NCBI GenBank assembly: GCA_002269645.1
Contig: NIVC01004712.1
Location: 1 to 37,306, forward strand
Reading direction: 5' to 3'
From: Macrostomum lignano
Lineage: Eukaryota
DNA length: 37,306 bases
Shown: one piece after another, positions 9,720 through 20,881 of the stretch
Position numbering within the stretch: the stretch's first letter is position 1
Layout: each line of letters opens with the position of its first letter
Notes under the pieces: generated by a model
Seen by the model: only the letters and a program-made list of their open reading frames with translations
Told to the model about the DNA's origin: nothing
Database searches by the model: none
Program-made: the position numbers and the translations under genes

Positions 9720-12440
9720 GTGAGCTTCTACAGCTACCTTCTCCAAGATGCCGCTCTTCTTGAGAAATGGAAGTGAGCAAACCCGAGAAAAGACTTCAAG
9801 CCAACAAAGTACTCCAAGATTTGCTCTTGCCATTTTCATCCTCATGACTTCATTGAAGCATCTGCGGATACCAATGCCACGCGAAATAAGAGAAGAAGTG
9901 AGTCACTGTCAAGGAGGTGTCTGAAGCCTGGAGCAATTCTGTCTATCTTCCTAAACACTCCCATCTACTTGTCATTTGATAAAAAAGCACTGCGAGCAAC
10001 AACAGTGACATTGTCTTAGCGCATGGAGAGAGAGCAAAGAGAGCTAGAGGAAAGGATTGGAGTCTTTCTGGAAGCTGACTCCATTGCTGAGATGGACCTA
10101 CAGGAGATTCAGCGCAAGCTGGAGCAGGAAGCAACCAAGCCAGCTAGATTTCAAACGGCTATCCAGGACAACAAGCTGTGCGTCTACATGCTAGAGACAC
10201 AACCAGTGTGCCGTGTTTCCTGCTATATTTGCCTTGCAAAAGACCTTACCATCACATATGGAGCCAATGGACTGCCACTAAAAGCAAGCATGTTTAGCGA
10301 CCTACTGACTGGAGGAAAAGCTTTGACTCTCAGCCAACTTGTGAATTGTATGTCGAGAATCAAGAATTGGACTGAAGATTCCTGCAAGGCAAAGTCTTCT
10401 GAGACCAAGGTTGCCAGTCTGCTAGATGCAGTGCAAGATCTCTTGGAAGAAGCAGAAGGGCTGACAGACAATTGTACTGTGAGCTTTGCCCTGGAGCAGC
10501 TAAAGCTGAGCAGGAAGCCATCACACACCAGGAGGTACTCCTAGGATCTCCTTGTGTTCTCCTACTTGATCTACTCCATTAGTGCCTCAGCATACAAGAC
10601 CATGCTTGAACAAGATGCAATCTGCCTTCCGTCTGATTGCACGCTAAGGTCAATTACTGCAAGAGTTGGATCTTCAAGTGGCCTTGACAGCGAAGGCTAC
10701 CTTGCTCTGAGAGCTTCAAAGCTGTCACAGATGGAGAAGGTTATGACCTTAGTCATCGACGAGATCTATGTTGCAAGTAGAATTGAATATAGCAATGGCC
10801 AGCTTATGGGCATTGATGAGGATAGTGCATGGGCTTCAATGCTCTGCTGCTTCATGATCAGCTCTGTTATTGGAGAGTTTAAGGATATGGTGGCAATGCA
10901 CGCAGTTTCTGCATTAATGGCAAAGAAGCTCTCCAATTGGTTTCAGCAGTCCATGGAGGTCCTGAGAAAGCTTGGGTTCACTGTCATGGCATTGTGCATG
11001 GACAACGCTGCCGTCAATTGGAAATTTGCCAAAGGCCTGTGCAGCAGTTCAAGGTGCAACATCAATCCATCATTCATAGACGAAGTAACATGCTAGCCTG
11101 TGTTTGTGCTATTCGATCTAGTGCATAACTTGAAAAACATCTATAACAACTTTCAGAGTTGAGGAGTCTTTCATCTCCCTTCCTCTCCAGCTCTTTTGCA
11201 CGGATCCGAAGCTTGATTTGACCACATCATCTAGCTATATAAGTTGGAAGCTACAAAGCCACTGAAGCTAGCGCACAAGCTGAATCCTACTGTTCTCAGT
11301 CCGAAGAGCATCAAGAAGACCTCAGTGAAGCTCACAGTTGCCATCTTCAATGAGTCTATCTGTGATGCTTGTCTGCTACTACTCTGAGCATGATGGTAGG
11401 CCCTGGCAAGGCACTGTGGACTTTATCACCTTGGTGCTGAAGCTCTGGCATGTCCTTAATGTCAAGTCGCCATACAAAGGAAAGTGCAAGTGGGACATCA
11501 GCCAGGATCCTGTCCATTCATTGCTTGACTGGAAGCTGCAGTTTCTAGAGGAGTTTGCTGACTTTCTTGACAGCTGGGAGGAGTCAGGCAATCCTGGCAT
11601 GTCCAAGGAGACCTTCTTTGCCTACCGCGTGACTTGCCGTGCCTTGGCCTGCTATGCAAGGCATTTGCTGAACCATGAAGGCTTTTCCTATGTGCTTCTT
11701 GGAGCGATTCAGTCAGACTGCATTGAGCACCGATTTGGCTGGCTTTGGCAAATGTCCAGGGCGAATTTCTTCATTTCCGCACGACAGGTAAAGGAAAACA
11801 GCAAAAAAATTGCTGTGGTCAGCCTCTTGAAGTATTCGGAATTTTCCTTGAAGGAAATTGACAATGTCATCAAGGTGCCCTCCAACTCTGGCTCTGTTTG
11901 GGAATCTGTGAGCATGCTGGCTGCACAGCTGGAGATGGATAGCTATCCTTGGCTAGAAGACCTGACTGCAATATTCTATGTCACCGCCACAGTTGCTTGC
12001 AAGTTTGTGCAGAACTGTAAGTGTGACTCTTGTAGAAAGCTATTGCTTGAACAAGAAGAGGTGCCACCATTGGATGTTGATTGGGTTCCAGCTGAGGCAT
12101 CATCATTCTTTGATCACATCAATTGAGGAGGTCTATGCTAGCCAATGGAACTAGCTTTTGCATTTTCAATGCATTGCTAGAAAATCTTTGAAGAGATAAG
12201 ATGGAAGGACTCACTCCTCAAGGCATTCCTGACTGTGCAGCAGCAGTAGCAGCAAGTCTTCTGTGGCCTTGTGGATAAGATGGCCAACAATGAGGTCTTT
12301 CTGGAATCTTTTATATAGCTGGTGATTTGCCACAATGTGAAGACAAGCTTGGCAAAAGCTTTCTGCAACTGCATAATGAAAAACCTGGCCAAGCAGCTCT
12401 CTAATCGTGAAAGCGGAAGGAAGCTAAATATCTCTAAGCT
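9720..12440 (+). pseudogene. THAP-domain P-element/THAP9-like transposase pseudogene
   Basis: THAP domain: VSFYSY..DAALLEKWK*ANPRKDFKPTKYSKICSCHFHPHDF...LKPGAILSIF. P-element core motifs in order: LVIDEIYV, LCMDNAAVN, FDLVHNLKNIYNNF, QSDCIEHRFG, IN*GGL. Several stops and at least one frameshift. Confidence 0.88.
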
Positions 12441-13162
12441 GCCTGGCCTCTTTTCTATGGTTTGATGAACAATTTATAAAGCTTTAATAAATGTTTCAAG
12501 ATGATGAATATAGCTACAATTACATTTCAACTTAGTTTACACACGAGTTCTGTAATTATTCTTAAATAAGTTTGTTCAGACCTGGCCCTATAGCTAACTC
12601 AATATTTTCTCCATTATTGCCATTTATTTTCATCATATAGTCCAGGTTCTTAGATTAGTAGCAGCAATGTCTCCAAATGAATCGCTTTTGTATGCCAATA
12701 GTGTTTAAGACTCTTGAAAGAAACATTTTGAGAGATAAAATGCCCCTTTTTACTCACACAATAGCTGGGAAGGGTTGCCACACTAAGGTAAATTTGTGTG
12801 GGGAGCTTCCCATCCAATGATGCTATTTTTAGGAGTCCCTGCTTAATATGTTACAGAGGTTACAGTAACTTATTAATATTTATAGTAAATAGTGGTTCTT
12901 CTCTCCAACTTTAGCTAGCTTTAAGCTTACTTAATGTAATTTGGTAACTATTATTGTAAATAAACTTTCTTCCCTGTGGCATGACCATAATTTGCATAAA
13001 AATACCTGGTAGCCATTTTGCTTCCTATATATGAAGACCATAAAAAACAGTTTTGCTATCTATTTGGTTACATTAAGTTAAAGCCCAGATAGTGTCTTAT
13101 ACATAGTGTCTTATACAATAGTGTCTTATAACAGCATATTATTTTTTTATACATTTTTATAT

Positions 13163-13848
13163 GGCAGTGCTTATTTAGCCGGCACCGGTCAAATAAGCGC
13201 GTCACTATTTAGCCGGCAGTCCTGCCCCATTGCCGGTCAAATAAGCGCGTCACTATTTATCTGGCAGGCCTGCCCAACTGCCGGTCAAATAAGCCCGTCA
13301 CTATTTAGCCGGCAGTCCTGCCCCACTGCCGGTCAAATAAGCCCGTCACTATTTAGCCGGCAGTCCTGCCCCAGTCCTGCTGCCGGTCAAATAAGCCCGT
13401 CACTATTTAGCCGGCAGTCCTGCCCCACTGCCGGTCAAATTAATAAGCTATAACCCATTCATCCAAGCGATCCTTGCCCTCTCGTGTGCTACAGACAGTA
13501 TACATGTACAGTATGGCCAGGGCCCACAACTAGGACGTATTAAACATTCGCCGACACTTATTCAGACACTTCTACAGACACTTTAGTTTCTGTCGTACGA
13601 ATCGTAGTTCCTTATATCCTTATATCGTAGTTGCTACGAATCGTAGCATTAAATTTGTTTATTGCCGGCTAAATAGTGACGAGCTTATTTGACCGGCAGT
13701 GGGGCAGGACTGCCGGCTAAATAGTGACGGGCTTATTTGACCGGCAGTGGGGCAGGACTGCCGGCTAAATAGTGACGGGCTTATTTGACCGGTGCCGGCT
13801 AAATAGTAGCGAACTTATTCGACCGGTGCCGGCTAAATAAGCACTGCC
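13163..13848. mobile_element. 686-bp Mutator(MULE)-type foldback MITE with a perfect 9-bp TSD
   Basis: TIR GGCAGTGCTTATTTAGCCGGCACCGGTC is a perfect 28-bp match. Arms are tandem 48-bp units (GCCGGTCAAATAAGCCCGTCACTATTTAGCCGGCAGTCCTGCCCCACT). TSD TTTTTATAT lies at 13154-13162 and 13849-13857. Confidence 0.9.
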
Positions 13849-14004
13849 TTTTTATATTATATTATTCTAGCTTTTTTATTTTAATAAAACCAAATACACG
13901 AATAAAATAGATTTTTTGAAAGGTGTAAAAGGTTTTATTCAACATTATAGGCCCTATAAAATTGGCATCTTGATCTTATAGGCCTAACTAGAAAACTTAC
14001 AAAG

Positions 14005-14485
14005 CCAAAGGCAATCCTACCACTTCGAGATATTCGCGCGAGGATGTAGAGAACATTTTGACTTCATTCAAATTTGTGCTTAGCGAACAGTTCTAAGAAC
14101 TTTCATAGTAAAACAAACACTAACGAGTTTGTGTATCAATGGTAAATAAGATGTAAACTTCAAACTATAAAATATTAGGCCTAAACAAAATTTAGTTTAG
14201 TAATTGTCAGCTAAGGGCAAAAAGAAACAATCAATGTGTATAGTGGCGGCGCTCTTACCCAGTAGAAAAAAGCGACGCCACAGAAACTGCTCAATATCTT
14301 TTCTTGGGGATCAGATCATAGACTATACGGCTCGTACCACGTCAACACTACACTTTTAAACTGAGATATACACTCGTGAGTGTTTCAGCATGAGAATTCT
14401 TAGAATTGTTCGCTGAGCGCAAATTTGAAGTCAAAATAATTTACCCGATACCTGAACGAAGTGTAGGATTGCCGCTTGGAAATTT
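14005..14485. repeat. Diverged inverted repeat, probable old MITE
   Basis: GGCAATCCTAC..CACTTCG...TTTGACTTCA..AATTTG.GCT.AGCGAACA.TTCTAAGAA at about 14010-14140 recurs in reverse complement at about 14360-14480. Confidence 0.55.
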
Positions 14486-14632
14486 AATCTTTAAAATGTA
14501 ATATAGTTCATTTGACATGGGGCAGTGACATTATTTTTCATTTATTTTAAAGTTAAATCTGTATAAATGTATGATAAAACTGATTCCAAATTATACATCC
14601 AAATTATTATTCTTTTTCTCAAAGGGGATGTC

Positions 14633-16991
14633 AACTTAAGCACCAGAATGGAGCCCGAAGTTCAGCTCCGGACCAAACCGACTGCAATCGATAACTTGTC
14701 GGCCCAGACGACTAGAATCGCCGAGACATCCCATCCGGCTCCCTTCCTTGGGGTCCCAGGGGATAAAGGGGATAAAATGGGGATCTCATGTCAACTTAAG
14801 GCTCTGGAATGGAGCCCGAAGTTCAGCTCCGGCCCAAACCGACTGAAATCGATAACTTGTCGGCCCAGACGACTAGAATCGCCGAGACATCCCATCCGGC
14901 TCCCTTCCTTGGGGTCCCAGGGGATAAAGGGGATAAAATGGGGATCTCATGTCAACTTAAGGCTCTGGAATGGAGCCCGAAGTTCAGCTCCGGCCCAAAC
15001 CGACTGCAATCGATAACTTGTCGGCCCAGACGACTAGAATCGCCGAGACATCCCATCCGGCTCCCTTCCTTGGGGTCCCAGGGGATAAAGGGGATAAAAT
15101 GGGGATCTCATGTCAACTTAAGGCTCTGGAATGGAGCCCGAAGTTCAGCTCCGGCCCAAACCGACTGAAATCGATAACTTGTCGGCCCAGACGACTAGAA
15201 TCGCCGAGACATCCCATCCGGCTCCCTTCCTTGGGGTCCCAGGGGATAAAGGGGATAAAATGGGGATCTCATGTCAACTTAAGGCTCTGGAATGGAGCCC
15301 GAAGTTCAGCTCCGGCCCAAACCGACTGAAATCGATAACTTGTCGGCCCAGACGACTAGAATCGCAGAGACATCCGCTGTGCCACTATGTTCCGCTATGT
15401 GCTGCTTTGCTGCCATTAAGCAGGACAAATGTGTTAACGAGAGGCACAAACCGTATCAGTGGCTGCCGTCAGCCGGCTTCAGTGAGCCCAGCCGATTAGA
15501 CGTTGTTATCGAGACCTCGATGGCAAAGTACAACCGGGCGCATCCAGGTTTTGAATCATTTAAACAGCTCCACCGTCATGGACAGGGCTATCGTTGTTCG
15601 AATTCGGGCAGAATTTCATGCGCCGAGTGCTCTTGTCCAACGAACTGAACGAAATTGAGCAGCTGCACTTCAACTGTGATCTGAAGCGTGCCCCCCTGCT
15701 AACACAAGGGCATGGATTGCTGTCAACCCACTGGATCCAAAAAGCTCGGGGTTCCCCCGAATTCACACAGTGAATTTGTCAGAGGTTTCGGTGGATCCGT
15801 ATCAACTAAATCAAGCCGATTATTACATTCAAAACATTCGTGTCAAGGAGGTTCTCGATAGCTACGAAGGTGACTCCTGGAGAGACTTTGAGTTACACAT
15901 CCAAGCCGCCGGGAGTGTTGGAAGTTTCGGCAAGCGACGCCGCTAGAAAAATGGAGCAACCGATTCGGTCGGTGGCATCCGTCTTGATTTTTCTAGCTGT
16001 CGTTTTCTCGCGCCATAATTCAAAATCCTACCGCGTGATTCTTAGAGTGTGTGACAGCAGCGGACAATCGCTTTGGTTTTAGAGATCCAGGATTGCAACT
16101 TCTTCCTGGCTTCTACTCGTCAGCAAAAGCAGGAAGTAGGACTGCAGGCTGCGATTGTCATGTACGAGCGTAATGGCAGTGCTCAAACTCCTGGGCTGCT
16201 ACGCTTACCACCAAGATACATATGTAGCTATCGAAGGTCTTGTGCCGGCCTTCGCTTTGTTGATTTCGCTCTTCCACGCAGCCTTGTTGCCAGACTTTAT
16301 GCTAGAGAAAACGCTTTACCACAGCAGCGAAAGCCTACTGAGCAACAGTTTAGGGACCAGCGAGAGGAGTTTCAGTCAGCCCAAGGAAGGGAGCCGGATG
16401 GGATGTCTCGGCGATTCTAGTCGTCTGGGCCGACAAGTTATCGATTTCAGTCGGTTTGGGCCGGAGCTGAACTTCGGGCTCCATTCCAGAGCCTTAAGTT
16501 GACATGAGATCCCCATTTTATCCCCTTTATCCCCTGGGACCCCAAGGAAGGGAGCCGGATGGGATGTCTCGGCGATTCTAGTCGTCTGGGCCGACAAGTT
16601 ATCGATTGCAGTCGGTTTGGGCCGGAGCTGAACTTCGGGCTCCATTCCAGAGCCTTAAGTTGACATGAGATCCCCATTTTATCCCCTTTATCCCTGGGAC
16701 CCCAAGGAAGGGAGCCGGATGGGATGTCTCGGCGATTCTAGTCGTCTGGGCCGACAAGTTATCGATTTCAGTCGGTTTGGGCCGGAGCTGAACTTCGGGC
16801 TCCATTCCAGAGCCTTAAGTTGACATGAGATTCCCATTTTATCCCCTTTATCCCCTGGGACCCCAAGGAAGGGAGCCGGATGGGATGTCTCGGCGATTCT
16901 AGTCGTCTGGGCCGACAAGTTATCGATTGCAGTCGGTTTGGTCCGGAGCTGAACCTCGGGCTCCATTCTGGTGCTTAAGTTGACATCCCCT
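14633..16991. mobile_element. 2.36-kb foldback element with arms of 161-bp tandem repeats and a ~1-kb unique spacer; Kolobok-like termini
   Basis: Termini are AGGGGATGTCAACTTAAGCACCAGAATGG and its exact reverse complement. Left arm 14633-15375 (about 4.6 units); right arm 16380-16991 (about 3.8 units). Flanks TCAA / TTAC each differ from TTAA by one base. Confidence 0.8.
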
Positions 16992-17517
16992 TTACTTTTA
17001 ATTCCTAGCGCAATTATACTCACTTAAAGACATTTCAAAATGTGATTATATTATATAAGCATTGAGTAGCCTATATGTGTGTATATCATTGGAAGAAGCC
17101 TCATTATATCTTCAGCCAAGCTCAAATAAAAAAGTACAAATCAACAGCTCAAGTTTTCTTGTTTTTAACTGTACGTTAGTAGTAACGAAGGCACACGACT
17201 GTTGGACGATTTTCCTATAAAAGACGCTGCCATCTCCAACTAAAAGCTCCTTCCCCTTATCTAGCTCGTATAATAAAATATATTTGTATAAATTCGCTAG
17301 TCATTCAGGTGGTCCCGTTTTCATTGCAAGCGCCAAGGGACAATACATAGCCTAAAAAGCTTGTTTCAGACTGTTTCAATTTGTTTCAACGCATAGAGCG
17401 GACAACGGTGCCGCTGTTGAAGATTCTCCAGATTAAACGCTGCCACTTGACGGCTACCGCCGCAGACGAACAGGCGAACATCGATGGAGATGGCCCCCGT
17501 TCGAGTCATCAGTACAG

Positions 17518-19479
17518 CTATTGTTCCCCCTGTTGTTGCAGGCCGTCTACAGCAAAGTCGCTGAGCAGTTGACGGTCCCCGCTGGCGTCGCTCAGCACCG
17601 CCTTTGAGCTATTGAAGCCGCCAATATCTCCGCCGACGTCGCCGGCAAATGGGGCGACCGCTTTAACTGGCTGCTTCTCTTCCTCGGACTGCCGGACCAG
17701 TGAGCTGATAACTGTCTCGTTTGATACGGACGCCAGCGCCAGCTCGCTGCTAACGTGCCCACCGTCCGATGGGAGCGGGCGGAGGCGTCGGACGCCGGGC
17801 TCGGTCACCGGCCCTACCGACAAGCGCAGGCAGTGGCTGGCGGCGTAGAAGAAGCACCTGCCAGCCGTGCCAACTGCACTGGCGCCCTCGATGCTCTGCG
17901 GCTCATCGATGGTGGCACAAACTGGAGCCATCGGCCCGAGCCTGCTGGTGATGGTGAGAGTCTTTGCGGCAAATCGGAAGGTTTTAGCGACGCGTGCGAA
18001 CCCGGGCGGACGGAGGAGTAGCCGGTGGGAGGCAGAGCGTCTGGCCGCCGATCCCGGTAGGCCGGTGAACTGGTTGAGACTACAGGTGCTGAGCTCTGCA
18101 ACTTCGCGTGGCAGTTGCACCGAGACGGCTTCAGCGACTGATGGCAGCCGGGGAGTCGGTAGCATCAGCGCCTGGCTGAACTGCTGCGACAGTTGCGGCG
18201 GGCGTCGTTTGCAGATGGCGCCGGGCAACAACTGCATCGGAGGCCGGTGCTGCGTGGCGAACCGACCGGCCAGGTCGGCGCCAAGAATGGCGCAGGAGAT
18301 AACTGGGCGCTGGCCCTGGTGGTAACGCGCCTGGCGCAGCTGCGGCATAGGAGCATCTTCAGCGACGAAACTGGGCCAGCCAGTCTCCGTCAGACAGTGG
18401 GCGATTAGGCTGCACCTCCGGGAAACTGACGTTGCTTTCTTGAGCGCCTTATTTTTCAGACCGCTCGGCTCCTTTTTTGGTGTTTTTTGTAGCGTCGGCG
18501 ACTCGCTGGTTAGCTCGACGACTCCTCCCCTGCTCTCTGTGCCGCCGGTCGAAGCTTGACTGTGCCTGTTGATGAGCGACATCGCGTTGTCTGGGAGGCA
18601 ACGCAGTGTCAGCAGACTGTTTCGGCCGCGCTGTGGACCGCCTGCCTTCAGTGGGACGAGTGTGGCCTCCAGGAACTGGCAATGTTCCTGTCTGAGCTGC
18701 ACCAGACTGACACCCTCTGAGCTCCGCGAGGTCGAGAAGCTGCCGCCCTCGCTGCACCCCAGGCTGAATGTCGAAGTAGCTCTGGTAGCCTGATCTAGCC
18801 CCGACCGCTGGTCTGTCAGCGGAAGAGGGATCTTTGAGCGTACGCTGAGCTGGTTCCGGTTTCTATTGCTGGGCTGCTCCGCTACCGACCGGCACTGGAT
18901 CCTGTTGCTGGGTTGCTCCTCCACTGACCGTCTCTGGATCCTGTTGCTGGGCTGCTCCTTTACTGACCGTCTCTGGATCCTGTTGCTGGGCTGCTCCTCT
19001 ACTGACCGTCTCTGGATCCTGTTGCTGGGCTGCTCCTCCACTGACTGTCTCTGGATCCTGTTGCTTGACTGCTCTGCCACCGACCGCCTATGGGGATGCT
19101 GGCGGCGCCGCCTCTGCTTCGTTCTGGAGACGAGAAACTCAATGCAGATTTCAATGCGCCGACTTTCATCGAGGCGGTTTGGCCTGCGGAGGCTGGACTG
19201 AAGTCTTGGCGACGGCTGGTCTGTCCTGATCGGCTCTACACGGCCGTTCCTTAGCGTCGCCTCCTTCTGCTCCGACAGTTGCACAGTGTCGCCTTGGCGC
19301 AGTCGCCGGCTGAGCAGCTGGAGCTCGTGCAGCCGCCTGGATATGCTCCGGGAGCTCACGGACACGGAGGCGGTGGCCGAGGCGGTTTTCTTGCGGCTCT
19401 GGCGCCGACTGCAGCTGCCTCGTTGGGGGACCTCGCCGCGCCGGCCGGGCATGAGAAGCTCTACGCTGCCCTGCCACAT
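17518..19479 (-). CDS. Uncharacterised 653-aa Ser/Arg/Pro-rich ORF with about six 13-aa repeats
   Basis: 1.96 kb stop-free and GC-rich, much longer than the ORFs in the other five frames. No domain recognised. Confidence 0.45.
   Translation of the reverse strand: MWQGSVELLMPGRRGEVPQRGSCSRRQSRKKTASATASVSVSSRSISRRLHELQLLSRRLRQGDTVQLSEQKEATLRNGRVEPIRTDQPSPRLQSSLRRPNRLDESRRIEICIEFLVSRTKQRRRRQHPHRRSVAEQSSNRIQRQSVEEQPSNRIQRRSVEEQPSNRIQRRSVKEQPSNRIQRRSVEEQPSNRIQCRSVAEQPSNRNRNQLSVRSKIPLPLTDQRSGLDQATRATSTFSLGCSEGGSFSTSRSSEGVSLVQLRQEHCQFLEATLVPLKAGGPQRGRNSLLTLRCLPDNAMSLINRHSQASTGGTESRGGVVELTSESPTLQKTPKKEPSGLKNKALKKATSVSRRCSLIAHCLTETGWPSFVAEDAPMPQLRQARYHQGQRPVISCAILGADLAGRFATQHRPPMQLLPGAICKRRPPQLSQQFSQALMLPTPRLPSVAEAVSVQLPREVAELSTCSLNQFTGLPGSAARRSASHRLLLRPPGFARVAKTFRFAAKTLTITSRLGPMAPVCATIDEPQSIEGASAVGTAGRCFFYAASHCLRLSVGPVTEPGVRRLRPLPSDGGHVSSELALASVSNETVISSLVRQSEEEKQPVKAVAPFAGDVGGDIGGFNSSKAVLSDASGDRQLLSDFAVDGLQQQGEQ
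18855..19090 (-). repeat. 39-bp in-frame coding repeat (RIQRRSVEEQPSN), about 6 copies
   Basis: Repeated CCTGTTGCTGGGCTGCTCCTCCACTGACCGTCTCTGGAT on the + strand. Confidence 0.9.
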
Positions 19480-20826
19480 CTCAAGCTGTCACTTCACTCT
19501 CTCGCTGCTGTTGGCGCCGATGATATTCGCAGTAACTTGATCTGGGATCAATGGACCAATGTTAGTCTTCTTAACACCTAACTAAAGAATCAGCTCTTCT
19601 TGCACAGCTTTTGTCTATGTCTACCTTGCCATTGGTTTTCGGCACTTAAAATACAAAAATAACCCTGATAATGTAGGATTAATATTGTATATAGCTGTTG
19701 CGTGCTTTAGTTCTTGGTCACGAGTGCGCCTGCGTTAAATGCATGCTGATGTATTTGTTGAAATACATAATGATTACCACGGTTTGACCATAGACTATGT
19801 TGTTAAATGCACACTTCGTCGTGTTATAATGTGAAAGACAATTAAGATTGCATTTTTCTGAATATCTTTGGCTTCTGCTATAGTATAAATAGAGCCATTA
19901 GAAGTTTCAAAACGAAGACATAATGGATATTTGATCGGTAGCTCGTGTTTAATAAAAATGTCGAAGTATGGAAAGTATCATCTCATCCTGGCAAGTTAAT
20001 ATTCTATAGGAAAACATCAGCCCTCAGAAACCACTTAAACACCCTGTGTCCAGCGGTTCTTGAGTGCAGCATTGGAATATGGCCAAGTAATCTAGGAACA
20101 AAAAGTTCCCCAAATGAAAACCGTGTGTGCAATTTATTGAGTTAAAATTACAGCAGCAACTATTGGGACTGTTTCTGCATGAATTTCGGGTTCCAAGCCT
20201 ATTTATCGACCCCAGTCTTGCCTCTTGAAAGGCGCTAACGTATCTGGCTCCTGCACTGGATTCGTAGCGAAAGCTCCAGTGACTTCCATAATCTGCAGCC
20301 GTTCAAGCCAGTAACTGTAATTTTCTTGCTGCCTCCAAGATTTTTCTGACCGTCCCACCTCAGGCCTGTCGGACTTCGCTGGAATGCCAAGCACCACCTG
20401 ACGCTTGAGAGGGGAAGAGAGGGACGGGGGTTCACGCGACAACTGGGACAAATCCCGAACCCACAAGCCCGCGTCTGCCCGACTCTGCATTGCCTCTCAG
20501 CAGTTTCCATTGGCCCAAGCCGAGGCGCCCATTGTGTGCGCTTCGAATGTGACCAGACGGCCTGCCAACTAAAACTGTTATTTCACCGCTGCAGAGCGTC
20601 CCCGTGCTGGAGAGAGGTCAACTCGACGATCGCAGCCGTTACAAGGAAATTGTGAAAGAAGGCAAGATCGAAAGCAAGCAAGCTGCAGAGGATCGAACTG
20701 AGAGTAGCAGGAGCTGGCTCGACAACGCTGACAAGAGAAGATCAACTTAGAGCAAAAGTACATGTAATGCATGCAAAGGCTTGCCGCAAATTCTGATCAA
20801 AATTATTTAAAAAAATATTTAGAGCA

Positions 20827-20881
20827 ATGCAGCTGCTACAGTCAGAGCTATTGGCAGCCCTGATTGTGCTGCTAATACCAG
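20827..20881 (+). CDS. nAChR exon 1 (signal peptide)
   Basis: [18 protein letters not shown] plus G, then GTGAGT; 55 nt, phase 1. Confidence 0.75.

Noticed and set aside
14567-17023. Multiple 68-149-aa ORFs (MEPEVQLRPKPT...)
   Set aside because: These are translations of the 161-bp repeat unit and recur on both strands, so they are not independent genes.
20203-20772. Short ORFs upstream of nAChR exon 1
   Set aside because: No recognisable motif and no splice support; probably promoter or UTR sequence.
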